From Gemmatimonadales bacterium (GTDB taxonomy: Bacteria > Gemmatimonadota > Gemmatimonadetes > Gemmatimonadales > GWC2-71-9), in contig DASUAL010000133.1 in NCBI GenBank assembly GCA_035763805.1, positions 2,518 through 66,517 of the forward strand: a stretch of 64,000 bases of DNA. The letters are read 5' to 3'. The notes under the pieces are model-generated. The model worked only from the letters and a program-made list of their open reading frames with translations. It was not told where the DNA came from and did not search any database. Position 1 is the first letter of the stretch; each line of letters opens with the position of its first letter. Below are positions 1 to 8,036 of this stretch, in pieces. Position numbers and translations under genes: made by a program.

Positions 1-174
1 TGTCAAGGACACACGGCGCTCGTTGGCTGCGGTCTCCTTCGGGACCCCAAGCTTCATCCTGCCCCCGGCGTGTGACGATCGGTGAGATTGCGAGGAAACT
101 GCGCTCAGAATCTGCACGAACAACCGGAAGAAATTACAAAGATATCATGAACTTCCCCATACCGGCCCCGGGCG

Positions 175-612
175 CTATCCCTTCGGAAGGGGCCCCCGCT
201 CGCGCGCCTGCGCCAGCAACCGCTCCGCGAAATCGAGGCGCTCGCCGAGCTCGCTCATATGCGACTCGAGCATCTGCACCCGGTCCTCCAGGTCGTTCAC
301 GCGGCGCTGGGACGGCGACGCGGCAAGGTCCTCCCCCGCGACCTCCCAGCGGGCCACGCGCAGGCCATCGCCATCCCGGAAGTCGCCTGCGGCGATCACC
401 ACGACGTCGTAGAGGTACCAGATGCCCGCCCCGCCGAGCGTAAGGCACATCCAGACCCCGCTCTGCGCCCGACCCGCGTAGAAGCGATGCAGGCCGAACA
501 CCCCGCCGATCACGGCGAGCGCCAGCGCCAGACCGCGGGAGCGCTCCGAGACGTTGCCCGCGGCGGCAGGACGCTCCCCGGAATCGTAGACCGCCGGCCC
601 GCGGCCCGTCAT
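175..612 (-). CDS. TM2 domain-containing membrane protein
   Basis: 145-aa ORF. Hydrophobic core carries the TM2-family signature (GGVFGLHRFYAGR). C-terminal coiled-coil-like tail. ATG at 612 lies 1 nt after the thioredoxin stop (614-616), so they are co-transcribed. Confidence 0.8.
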   Translation of the reverse strand: MTGRGPAVYDSGERPAAAGNVSERSRGLALALAVIGGVFGLHRFYAGRAQSGVWMCLTLGGAGIWYLYDVVVIAAGDFRDGDGLRVARWEVAGEDLAASPSQRRVNDLEDRVQMLESHMSELGERLDFAERLLAQARERGPLPKG

Positions 613-613
613 G

Positions 614-1090
614 TCACGCGCGGGCGGCCGCCTCGACGAGAGCGGCGAGCTGCTGGCGGTTCAACACGCCCGCCTGACGCGCCGACTCCCGGCCGTCCCG
701 GAAGACGATCAGCGTGGGGATGGCGCGGATGCCGAGTCGCTGAGTGGTCGCGGGGTTCCTGTCCGTGTCGAGCTTGATCACGAGCACCTCGCCAGCGCGG
801 TCGCGCGCGAAGTCGTCGAGGATCGGCGCCATGATCTTGCAGGGCCCGCACCAGTCGGCGTAGCAGTCCATGACAACCGGCACGTCGGTGCCGGAGATCA
901 CCCGCTCGACGGTGGCGTCGCTGACGGCGATCGGGCGGTCGAGGAGGATGGGGCGCTTGCACTCGCCGCACCGCGGCCGGTCCGCCAGCCGCGACAGGTC
1001 CACGCGGTTGAGCGTGGCGCAGAACGGACAGGCGACGGTCGCATGCCGGCTGACGGCGGCGTCGGAGCCGCTGGTCCCATGAGTCGTCAT
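614..1090 (-). CDS. trxC: Thioredoxin 2-type thioredoxin with N-terminal Zn-finger
   Basis: 158 aa. WCGPC active site (DCYADWCGPCKIM) preceded by two CxxC pairs (CPFC...CGEC), as in Trx2. Confidence 0.9.
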   Translation of the reverse strand: MTTHGTSGSDAAVSRHATVACPFCATLNRVDLSRLADRPRCGECKRPILLDRPIAVSDATVERVISGTDVPVVMDCYADWCGPCKIMAPILDDFARDRAGEVLVIKLDTDRNPATTQRLGIRAIPTLIVFRDGRESARQAGVLNRQQLAALVEAAARA

Positions 1091-1115
1091 GGCTGGTTGC
1101 TCGGTCCCTTTTATG

Positions 1116-1679
1116 CTAGCGCGTGGGGGCGTACCGCACCACCAGCCGCCGGCCTTCCTCGTCGTAGGTGACGAGCAACACGCGGCGCGCGGCGAGGGTG
1201 ACTACGGTGTCGAGAACGAGCCGGGCGGGGGTGGTCGCTTCCTCCCGATCCTCCTCGCTGGGCCTGCGCGCTCCCGTGGGCGTCTCCCCGTCGCGGGCGA
1301 ACCTCACCACCAGCACATGGCTTCCCGGCTCGAGCGTCAGCTCGCGGAACACATAGAGCGGCCGATCGTGGCGCGCCCCGGCGGCGCGCACAAGCTCGTC
1401 CACCGCGCGGACGCCGTCGAGGCTGACCCGAAGGCGGTACGGGGGGACCCGGCCCTCGCACCGCTCTTCCTGGCGCATGTGCACCGGGAGACGCTCGAGC
1501 TCTTCGGGAGTGAGGCGCCGGCATTCCTCCACCTGCTCGCCGCGCGCGCGCCAGGTCAGACGGAGCACCGCGTGCCGCGCACCGTCCGCCGTGTACGGCG
1601 CGCGCGAGAGCGCACCCAGGCCGAACAGCGCCGCCACGGCGATGCCGGCGCCGAGTGCGCGCCGCAGGACCGCGCTCAC
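1116..1679 (-). CDS. Hypothetical membrane-anchored protein
   Basis: ORF-track entry 1116..1799 trimmed. GTG at 1679-1677 overlaps the TGA (1678-1676) of the upstream gene (GTGA coupling). N-terminal hydrophobic anchor (LGAGIAVAALFGLGAL). No domain recognised. Confidence 0.55.
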   Translation of the reverse strand: MSAVLRRALGAGIAVAALFGLGALSRAPYTADGARHAVLRLTWRARGEQVEECRRLTPEELERLPVHMRQEERCEGRVPPYRLRVSLDGVRAVDELVRAAGARHDRPLYVFRELTLEPGSHVLVVRFARDGETPTGARRPSEEDREEATTPARLVLDTVVTLAARRVLLVTYDEEGRRLVVRYAPTR

Positions 1680-3256
1680 CGCGAGACCTCGCCCATGATC
1701 TTCTCGCACTCCCGTGACAAGTCGAAGTCGCTTTCCCGTGCAGCGGCTTCCAAGGCCGCGAGCGCGACGCGGAAATCCGCGAGCTCGCGCAGCACGCATG
1801 CCGTCTCGGCCTCTCCGGCGAACGCGAGGCGCACGCGCCGGCGGTCGACGCGGTCCCGCAGCTCGGCCTCGCGATCATGGTACATCCGCTGTTCGAGCCA
1901 CTTCCCGCCCTCGCGGTTCCAGCAGTCGCGCGCCGGGCACGCGATGACCAGCACGCCGCCCGCGCCGGCGCGCAGCACGAACTCGATCACGGACGTGTGG
2001 AGGCTGCCAGCACACGCGACCGCGTATATGGGGGCGCCGTGGAACCAGGCCCGGGCCGCGATACCGCCGGCCCCGCGGTCGCATGCGATGATTACGATGT
2101 CCCCCGGGCCAGGCCACCGGGCCGCGACGAACGCCTTCACCGCCGAGAGCTGGTCGCGACCGGTGCGCCGCGGCGGGCCGACGCCCATCGGCGCGCACGA
2201 CCCCGCGCAGATCCCGCAACTCACGCAGCGCGCGGGATCGACGCGGGCGACGAGATCACTCTGCTCAGGGCGCCGGTCGGCCCGCTCCACCATCCCGATC
2301 GCCTCGTACGGGCAGTCCTCATAGCACTGCTCGCATCCCGTGCAGAGCCGCTCGTCCACCGCCGACGGTAGCGGCCGTCGCTCGGGCGCCGGTCGCGTCC
2401 AGAGCGGCGCGAGCAGCGTGACGCCGGCGATCACGACCACCGCCCCCCAAACCACCCCGGACGAGAATGGGCGGGCGAGCGGGACCCAGAACGAGTAGAA
2501 CCAATCGAACGGCGCCCGGCCGGGGAGCGCGAACAGGTCCGCAGGGGGAGCCATCCCGACCGGCCAGAAGACGGAGATTCCGAGGAGCAAACCGATCACG
2601 GCCCACATCAGCCCGCGCGGCGGCAGGAGGCCCGGCCGCGCGACGCGCGACACATGCAGCCAGACGAGCAAGCCCATGCCGATCGGCAGCGCGATGTGGG
2701 CGAACAGATTGAGGAAGAAGAACGCGCCCGGGATGGGGTGCTCACCGACGAAGGCCCGGCTGATGGGCTCCGACAAGATGGGGAGGACGTCGAGCAGGCG
2801 CGCCCCCTCTTGGGCGAGCACCTGCCCCTGAATGTCCCACACCATGACGTATCCGGTCCAGCCGCACAACAGCACGACAAACAGAAGGGTCAGGCCGCTG
2901 ACCCAGGCGAGCGTCCGCGGCCCCCAGCTCCTCCCCTGGGCGAAGAGCCGAAGCGCGTGCACCAGGACCGCGACGACCGCTGCGTCCGATGCGTAGCGGT
3001 GCAACCCCCGGATCCAGCGACCGAACCACACCTGGTCGGTAATGCGGGCGACCGAGGCAAAGGGCGCGCCGATGCGGTAGAAGAAGAGGAGGTAGACCCC
3101 GGTGATCAGGACGACCAGCATCAGCGCGACGACCAGCGCCCCGCTGTGGTACAGCGGGTTGTAGCGCCAGCCGTAGAGCCGGTTCATCCAGGCGTCTGCG
3201 CGCGCCAGGACCCGGCGCGTCCCGCGCTGCAGGGCTGCCGCGATCGGCACGATCAC
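1676..3256 (-). CDS. Fusion protein: di-haem cytochrome b N-terminal-like membrane domain + 2x[4Fe-4S] ferredoxin + MvhD/FlpD-like (hydrogenase iron-sulfur subunit-like) domain
   Basis: 526 aa, GTG start at 3256. Two H-x13-H pairs in TM helices (HRYASDAAVVAVLVH; HIALPIGMGLLVWLH), as in cytochrome b helices B and D. Two CxxCxxCxxxCP motifs (CTGCEQCYEDCP; CVSCGICAGSCP). C-terminal IVIIACDRG...AVACAGSLHTSVIEFVLRAGAGGVLVIACPARDCWNREGG resembles the MvhD/FlpD family. Confidence 0.8.
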   Translation of the reverse strand: MIVPIAAALQRGTRRVLARADAWMNRLYGWRYNPLYHSGALVVALMLVVLITGVYLLFFYRIGAPFASVARITDQVWFGRWIRGLHRYASDAAVVAVLVHALRLFAQGRSWGPRTLAWVSGLTLLFVVLLCGWTGYVMVWDIQGQVLAQEGARLLDVLPILSEPISRAFVGEHPIPGAFFFLNLFAHIALPIGMGLLVWLHVSRVARPGLLPPRGLMWAVIGLLLGISVFWPVGMAPPADLFALPGRAPFDWFYSFWVPLARPFSSGVVWGAVVVIAGVTLLAPLWTRPAPERRPLPSAVDERLCTGCEQCYEDCPYEAIGMVERADRRPEQSDLVARVDPARCVSCGICAGSCAPMGVGPPRRTGRDQLSAVKAFVAARWPGPGDIVIIACDRGAGGIAARAWFHGAPIYAVACAGSLHTSVIEFVLRAGAGGVLVIACPARDCWNREGGKWLEQRMYHDREAELRDRVDRRRVRLAFAGEAETACVLRELADFRVALAALEAAARESDFDLSRECEKIMGEVSR

Positions 3257-3286
3257 GCCCGCCAGTGAGAGGGATCTTGCGGGGTC

Positions 3287-3311
3287 AATTTATCATATTA
3301 TCATGATAAAA
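3287..3311. promoter_or_regulatory. AT-rich operator-like element in the divergent promoter region (candidate Rrf2 binding site)
   Basis: AATTTATCATATTATCATGATAAAA stands out in GC-rich DNA. It contains the perfect 12-bp palindrome TTATCATGATAA (3298-3309) and the direct repeat TTATCAT / TTATCAT. It lies 12 nt upstream of the Rrf2 ATG, inside the 66-bp gap between divergent operons. Confidence 0.45.
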
Positions 3312-3322
3312 GGCACCTGGTC

Positions 3323-3730
3323 ATGCTCTCCCAGACGGCGGAATACGCACTCCGGGCCGTGCTCTACCTCGGCGAGCACACCGGCCCGGTGCGCGTGGGC
3401 GACATGGCCCAGGCGCTGCAGATTCCCCGCAACTACCTCTCCAAGATACTGCACCTATTGGCTCGCACCGGCGTGCTTGCATCGGCGCGGGGCAAGACCG
3501 GCGGCTTTCAGCTCGCCGTGCCGGCCGACCGCTTGCGCCTCCACCACATCATCGCGCCGTTCGACCGGATCGACGAGCGGCGCCGCTGCCTGCTCGGCCG
3601 ACCGCAGTGCAGCGACCGCACCGCCTGCGCGGCTCACACGCGATGGAAAGACGTCGCGGACACGGTCGCGTCGTTCTTCCGGGAGACTACCGTCGCGGAG
3701 CTGCTCAGCGGCGCCGAGGTCTCAGTGTGA
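3323..3730 (+). CDS. Rrf2 family transcriptional regulator (Fe-S cluster-type, IscR/NsrR-like)
   Basis: 135 aa. N-terminal MLSQTAEYALRAVLYL... winged-HTH typical of Rrf2. Cluster-ligand pattern C89-x6-C96-x5-C102-x2-H105. Confidence 0.9.
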   Translation: MLSQTAEYALRAVLYLGEHTGPVRVGDMAQALQIPRNYLSKILHLLARTGVLASARGKTGGFQLAVPADRLRLHHIIAPFDRIDERRRCLLGRPQCSDRTACAAHTRWKDVADTVASFFRETTVAELLSGAEVSV

Positions 3731-3755
3731 CTCCCACGACACCAGAGGAGGTTTC

Positions 3756-3932
3756 ATGACGGAGCGACGCAACAACCCGGGTGAGGCCACGGAAGATCAG
3801 CTCCCCCTGATGCAGCGGCTGTACGACAGTCCGTTTCTGCTGCTCATCGCGGGCATCGTGGTGATGGTCGTGTTCTACACGGGGTGGGGTCTGTGGGAGA
3901 TCCTGAGGCTCCCACCGGCGCCGCTCCCCTGA
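3756..3932 (+). CDS. Small single-TM protein (position and size analogous to ba3 oxidase subunit IIa)
   Basis: 58 aa (MTERRNN...FLLLIAGIVVMVVFYTGWGLWEIL...). ATG preceded by GAGGAGG. Internal start within ORF-track entry 3303..3932. Sits immediately upstream of subunit II. Confidence 0.5.
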   Translation: MTERRNNPGEATEDQLPLMQRLYDSPFLLLIAGIVVMVVFYTGWGLWEILRLPPAPLP

Positions 3933-3947
3933 CGCGGGAGGGCTTCC

Positions 3948-4499
3948 ATGAACACGGGAATGCAATCGCCGCGCGGAATCTGGTGGAAGCCGGCGGACCG
4001 CACAGAGAAGCTCTGGGTCGGCATCGCATTCGGCTGGTGCATGGTCTTGTTCGCCATGATGCCGCTGTGGCATTTGAGGGGGGCCCAAAACCCGTCCGGT
4101 ATTCGCCACCGCGTGGACCCGAGCGCCTACGCCCGGCGCGTGAACGAGTTCACCAAGCAGTACAAAGTCGGCGAGGAAGCAGGATTCGCGATCGTCGAGC
4201 CGCCACCGGGCAGCGACGTCTACCTGATGGGCCGCATGTGGGCGTGGGAGCCGATTCTCAAGCTGCAGAAGGGCGTGGAATACACGCTCCACCTCTCGTC
4301 GCTCGACCTGAACCACGGGTTCAGCCTGCAACCGGTGAACCTCAATTTCCAGGTCCTCCCCGGCTACGACTACGGACTGCGCGTCGTCCCCACCGAGGCG
4401 GGCGACTTCCGGATGGTCTGCAACGAGTTTTGCGGCATCGGTCACCATCTCATGGTCGGCCGCGTGATCGTGGTCGATAGCGCTGGAGGTGGGAAATGA
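3948..4499 (+). CDS. Haem-copper oxidase-superfamily subunit II (single-TM, cupredoxin, CuA site), B-family/ba3-like
   Basis: 183 aa. One N-terminal TM helix. CuA ligands LNHGF ... CNEFCGIGHHLM (H, C-x-E-x-C, H, M). RBS GGGAGGG. Confidence 0.9.
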   Translation: MNTGMQSPRGIWWKPADRTEKLWVGIAFGWCMVLFAMMPLWHLRGAQNPSGIRHRVDPSAYARRVNEFTKQYKVGEEAGFAIVEPPPGSDVYLMGRMWAWEPILKLQKGVEYTLHLSSLDLNHGFSLQPVNLNFQVLPGYDYGLRVVPTEAGDFRMVCNEFCGIGHHLMVGRVIVVDSAGGGK

Positions 4500-6196
4500 C
4501 GGCCACCGCGATCTTCCGCACGTGCCCCACCACGGGGCTCAAGGTCAACGCCCAGGCCGAAGCGCTCATCAAGGCGAACGCCGTGGCGGCGACAGTGTCG
4601 CTGCTGATCGGCGGGATCGCGGCGGTGCTGGTGCTGCTCACGCGCTGGCAGGTGGTACATCTGCTGTCGGCGGCGTGGTTCTACCGCATCCTCACGGTGC
4701 ACGGGATGAGCATGCTGATCTTCTTCATCCTCTTCTTCGAGATGGCGGTGTTGTACTTCGCCAGCGCGGTCCTGCTGAACAGTCGCGTCGCGACCCCACG
4801 TCTCGCCTGGGCGTCGTTCGGGCTGATGATCCTGGGCGCGGTGCTCGTCGAATGGATGATGTGGGCGGGGCGCGCCGACGTGCTCTTCACCTCCTACGTC
4901 CCGCTCCGCGCCGACCCGCTCTTCTACCTCGGCGTCATCCTGTTCGCCGTGGGCGCCCTGATCGTGGTCGCCATCTTCTTCGGGACGCTCGTCGTGGCGA
5001 GGCGGGAGCGCACGTACCAGGGCTCGGTGCCGCTCGTAACGTTCGGCGCCGCGACGGCAGCCATCATCGCAGCCGTGACGCTCGGCCACGGCGCCGCCAT
5101 CTACATCCCCACCTTCTTCTGGTCACTCGGGTGGATGAGGGTCGACCCCGAGATCTACCGCATGGTGTGGTGGGGCCTCGGTCATGCGTCCCAGCAGATC
5201 AACGTCTCCGCCATGGTGTCCATCTGGTACCTGCTCGGCGCGTTGACGATCGGCGCGATCGTGCTGAACGAAAAGGTGAGCCGCACCGCGTTCGTGCTCT
5301 ACATCCTCTTCATCAACATCGCGTCGGCGCACCACTTGCTCGTGGACCCCGGCCTGCCGCCGGCGTGGAAGGTCTGGAACACGAGCTATGCGATGTACCT
5401 CGCCGTGCTCGCGAGCATGGTGCACGGCTTCACGGTGCCCGCCGGCATGGAAGCGGGCCAGCGGTTGCGCGGCTACACCAAGGGGCTGTTCGAGTGGCTG
5501 CGCAAGGCGCCGTGGGGTGACCCGGGGTTCAGCGCACTCGTGTTCTCCATCATCATCTTCGGCTTCGTGGGCGGCATCACGGGCGTCACCTTCGGGACGG
5601 AGCAGATCAACATCATCGCCCACAACACGCTGCGCATCCCGGGGCACTTCCACGCGACGGTCGTGGCCGGCACGGCGCTCGCGTTCATGGGCCTCACCTA
5701 CTACGTGATCCCACTGATCTTCCGAAAGCAGGTCGCGTTCTGGAAGCTCGCGAAGATCCAGCCGTACCTGTTCGCGGGTGGGATGTTCATCTTCACGGTG
5801 TTCATGACGTTCGCCGGCACGTTCGGCGTGCCCCGGCGCCACTACGACATCAGCTTCTCGCGAGCGCCGTTCGGCGTGCAGTTCAACCCGGCCGTGGACC
5901 TCGTCATGGGGATCATGGCGCTGGGCGGGCTCGTCGCGGCGGTGGGCGGGGGGATGTACCTCCTTATCACCGTCTGGTCCGTGTTCTTCGGGAAGCCGCT
6001 CGAGGCCGGCGCCCCCACCGGGATGTTCGGGGTGCCGCAGGGAATCAAGACGCCGCCGAAGCCAATCCCTGAGACCGCCACGAAGCACGGGCCGACACCG
6101 GGCACGCTGGTGCTGGTGCTCGTGTTTCTCGCGGCGTTCGTGGCCTACTACTTCGTGAACTGGAAACTGCTCTCGGGCGTCTGGAGGGTGGGCTGA
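4496..6196 (+). CDS. Haem-copper oxidase-superfamily subunit I, B-family-like, lacking the cross-link Tyr (candidate NO reductase)
   Basis: 566 aa. ATGA overlap with subunit II. LTVHGMSM (low-spin haem His), WWGLGHASQQ (CuB His, no Tyr at +4), SAHHLLVD (CuB His pair), GHFHATV (haem His pair). Confidence 0.9.
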   Translation: MTATAIFRTCPTTGLKVNAQAEALIKANAVAATVSLLIGGIAAVLVLLTRWQVVHLLSAAWFYRILTVHGMSMLIFFILFFEMAVLYFASAVLLNSRVATPRLAWASFGLMILGAVLVEWMMWAGRADVLFTSYVPLRADPLFYLGVILFAVGALIVVAIFFGTLVVARRERTYQGSVPLVTFGAATAAIIAAVTLGHGAAIYIPTFFWSLGWMRVDPEIYRMVWWGLGHASQQINVSAMVSIWYLLGALTIGAIVLNEKVSRTAFVLYILFINIASAHHLLVDPGLPPAWKVWNTSYAMYLAVLASMVHGFTVPAGMEAGQRLRGYTKGLFEWLRKAPWGDPGFSALVFSIIIFGFVGGITGVTFGTEQINIIAHNTLRIPGHFHATVVAGTALAFMGLTYYVIPLIFRKQVAFWKLAKIQPYLFAGGMFIFTVFMTFAGTFGVPRRHYDISFSRAPFGVQFNPAVDLVMGIMALGGLVAAVGGGMYLLITVWSVFFGKPLEAGAPTGMFGVPQGIKTPPKPIPETATKHGPTPGTLVLVLVFLAAFVAYYFVNWKLLSGVWRVG

Positions 6197-6200
6197 TCCG

Positions 6201-7088
6201 GTGAGGCGGCTCCGGGAGACGACGGCGGTCGCGGGGCTCGCCGCGATCCTCGCGATCACCGCCTGCTGGTGGGCACTAGCTCTCTGGCCGCTGCCGCCGA
6301 CCACACCCACGTGGCTGGTCCGCACTCGGGCGGTCTGTTTCGGCACGACGCCGAGCGGTCTGCCGGACGTTTCTGGATGGATGGCCCTCATCGGCCAGCC
6401 CGCGCTGATGCTCGGCACGCTGCTCCTGGTGTGGGGTGATGTGGTTCGCGCGGCGCTGCGGTCGCTCGCCGGCTCCGCCGCCGGCCGCGTCGCCCTCGGC
6501 GGCGCGGCCGCCTTCATGTTGGCGGGGACAGGAGCAGCTGGCGTGCGGGTGGCGAGCGCCGGAGCGGCGCAACAGCTCGCCGTCGCGCCCTCTTCCCCCG
6601 TCCCGGCGGAGTACCCGCGGCTCGACCGGCCTGCGCCGCCGCTCGAGCTGATCGACCAGCACGGCGAGCCGGTGACCCTGGCGCGTTTCCGCGGGCGGCC
6701 GGTGTTCGTCGCGTTCGCGTACGCACACTGCGAGACCGTGTGCCCGCTCCTCGTGCGCGAGGTGCTGCGCGCGCGCGAGCTCGCTGGCGACGTCGCGCCC
6801 GTGACGCTCGTCGTCACCCTGGACCCGTGGCGTGATACCCCGTCGCGGCTCCCGGCCATCGCCGAGCGCTGGGGGCTCCCTGGTGACGCCTTCGTTGCGG
6901 GCGGCGACAGCGCACTCGTGGCGGCCACCCTCGCGCACTGGAACGTGGCGCTCCAGCGCGACCTCCGCACCGGCGAGATCGCCCACGCGACACTCGTCTA
7001 CCTCGTGGACCGCGATGGCCGGGTCGCCTACGCCGTCAGCGGCAGCTCCGGGGCCGCGGCACTCGCGGAGCTCGCACGGCGGCTCTAG
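6201..7088 (+). CDS. SCO1/SenC family copper chaperone with N-terminal membrane domain
   Basis: 295 aa, GTG start. Thioredoxin-fold CxxxC (AHCETVCP) and a downstream conserved His (GEIAHAT). Located directly after subunit I. Confidence 0.85.
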   Translation: MRRLRETTAVAGLAAILAITACWWALALWPLPPTTPTWLVRTRAVCFGTTPSGLPDVSGWMALIGQPALMLGTLLLVWGDVVRAALRSLAGSAAGRVALGGAAAFMLAGTGAAGVRVASAGAAQQLAVAPSSPVPAEYPRLDRPAPPLELIDQHGEPVTLARFRGRPVFVAFAYAHCETVCPLLVREVLRARELAGDVAPVTLVVTLDPWRDTPSRLPAIAERWGLPGDAFVAGGDSALVAATLAHWNVALQRDLRTGEIAHATLVYLVDRDGRVAYAVSGSSGAAALAELARRL

Positions 7089-7162
7089 CGTCCGCCTTCC
7101 CTGAGCCGGCGAAGCCCGGCATCACTTCCGCGGGTCGGCGCAAAGATGCGGTGTCGCTGCCG

Positions 7163-7591
7163 CTAGATTTCCGACAATCCCGACGCGCGCACGCGCGCCC
7201 AGATGTTGGCGGCAAACACGACGGCGGCCGCGACCTCGGCCAGCCGGCCGGCCACGGGCAAGATCGCCGCCCCCGCCCCCCGACCAACGATGGGCCCGAC
7301 CCCGGCGAGCCACACGCCCGCATTGAGCAGTGCAAAAGCAACCCAGGCCGCCGTCTCGCTGCCGTACGGCGAGCGTCGCACGCCGAAGCGCGGGAAGATC
7401 CACGTCGCGACCCCCATCACCAGCTGGATCACCCACCCCGCGACCAGGAACTCGATGTGTGCCGGGACCAAGCGCGCTAGCGTCGAATCGATTGGCAGTC
7501 CTTTGTTCCAGAGCAGCAGGGCGCCCAGCGTGAAGCCAAGCGCAAGGTTGACGAGCGACGCGCGGATGAACCAGCGGCTCACGACGGGCAC
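7163..7591 (-). CDS. Four-TM membrane protein, paralog B of a tandem pair
   Basis: 142 aa. Shares MP..SRWFI(K/R), H..LV.GW.IQ...GVA.W.FP and N.WARV motifs with the adjacent ORF. Confidence 0.6.
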   Translation of the reverse strand: MPVVSRWFIRASLVNLALGFTLGALLLWNKGLPIDSTLARLVPAHIEFLVAGWVIQLVMGVATWIFPRFGVRRSPYGSETAAWVAFALLNAGVWLAGVGPIVGRGAGAAILPVAGRLAEVAAAVVFAANIWARVRASGLSEI

Positions 7592-7598
7592 GGAGCCG

Positions 7599-8018
7599 CT
7601 ACCGCTCCTTCACCCGCGCCCACGTGTTGACCACGAACGCCATCCCGCCGAGCCATTGCAGCGCCGCCGATACGCCGAGCAGCCAGCCAAGTCCGGCCGC
7701 GGGGTGCACCGTGTGCGCCGGCTCGCCGAAGACCCGCAGCAGCAGCCCGAGGTTGAGGAACCAGTAGGACGCGATGGCGAGCCGGTCGCTGCCCCGGGGC
7801 GTCTCCTTGGAATGCTTGGGGAACATCCAGTAGGCGACGCCGAGGATCATCTGCGTGATCCACCCCACGACGAGGAGGTGGACGTACACCGGACCCGCCG
7901 CGGCGAGCACAGCAGGGAGGCCGAGGGGCGCCTGCACCGCCTGGGCCACGCCGACGACGAGGGCCGTGACGAAGTAAACGAGCGCCGTCTTGATGAACCA
8001 GCGAGTGAGGATGGGCAT
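7599..8018 (-). CDS. Four-TM membrane protein, paralog A of a tandem pair
   Basis: 139 aa. Roughly one third identical by eye to 7163..7591, and 7 nt upstream of it. Confidence 0.6.
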   Translation of the reverse strand: MPILTRWFIKTALVYFVTALVVGVAQAVQAPLGLPAVLAAAGPVYVHLLVVGWITQMILGVAYWMFPKHSKETPRGSDRLAIASYWFLNLGLLLRVFGEPAHTVHPAAGLGWLLGVSAALQWLGGMAFVVNTWARVKER

Positions 8019-8036
8019 GAAGGAACGGACCGCGGC

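Noticed and set aside
31-46. GGTCTCC-TTCG-GGGACC hairpin with a UUCG tetraloop near the window start
   Set aside because: The stem is bulged, there is no U-tract on either strand, and the context is cut off by the window edge. It cannot be assigned as a terminator or RNA element.
5123-6970. 615-aa minus-strand ORF spanning subunit I and the SCO gene
   Set aside because: It is antisense to two strongly supported genes. The product is Arg/Pro/Gly/Ala-rich with no motifs. This is a typical high-GC shadow ORF.
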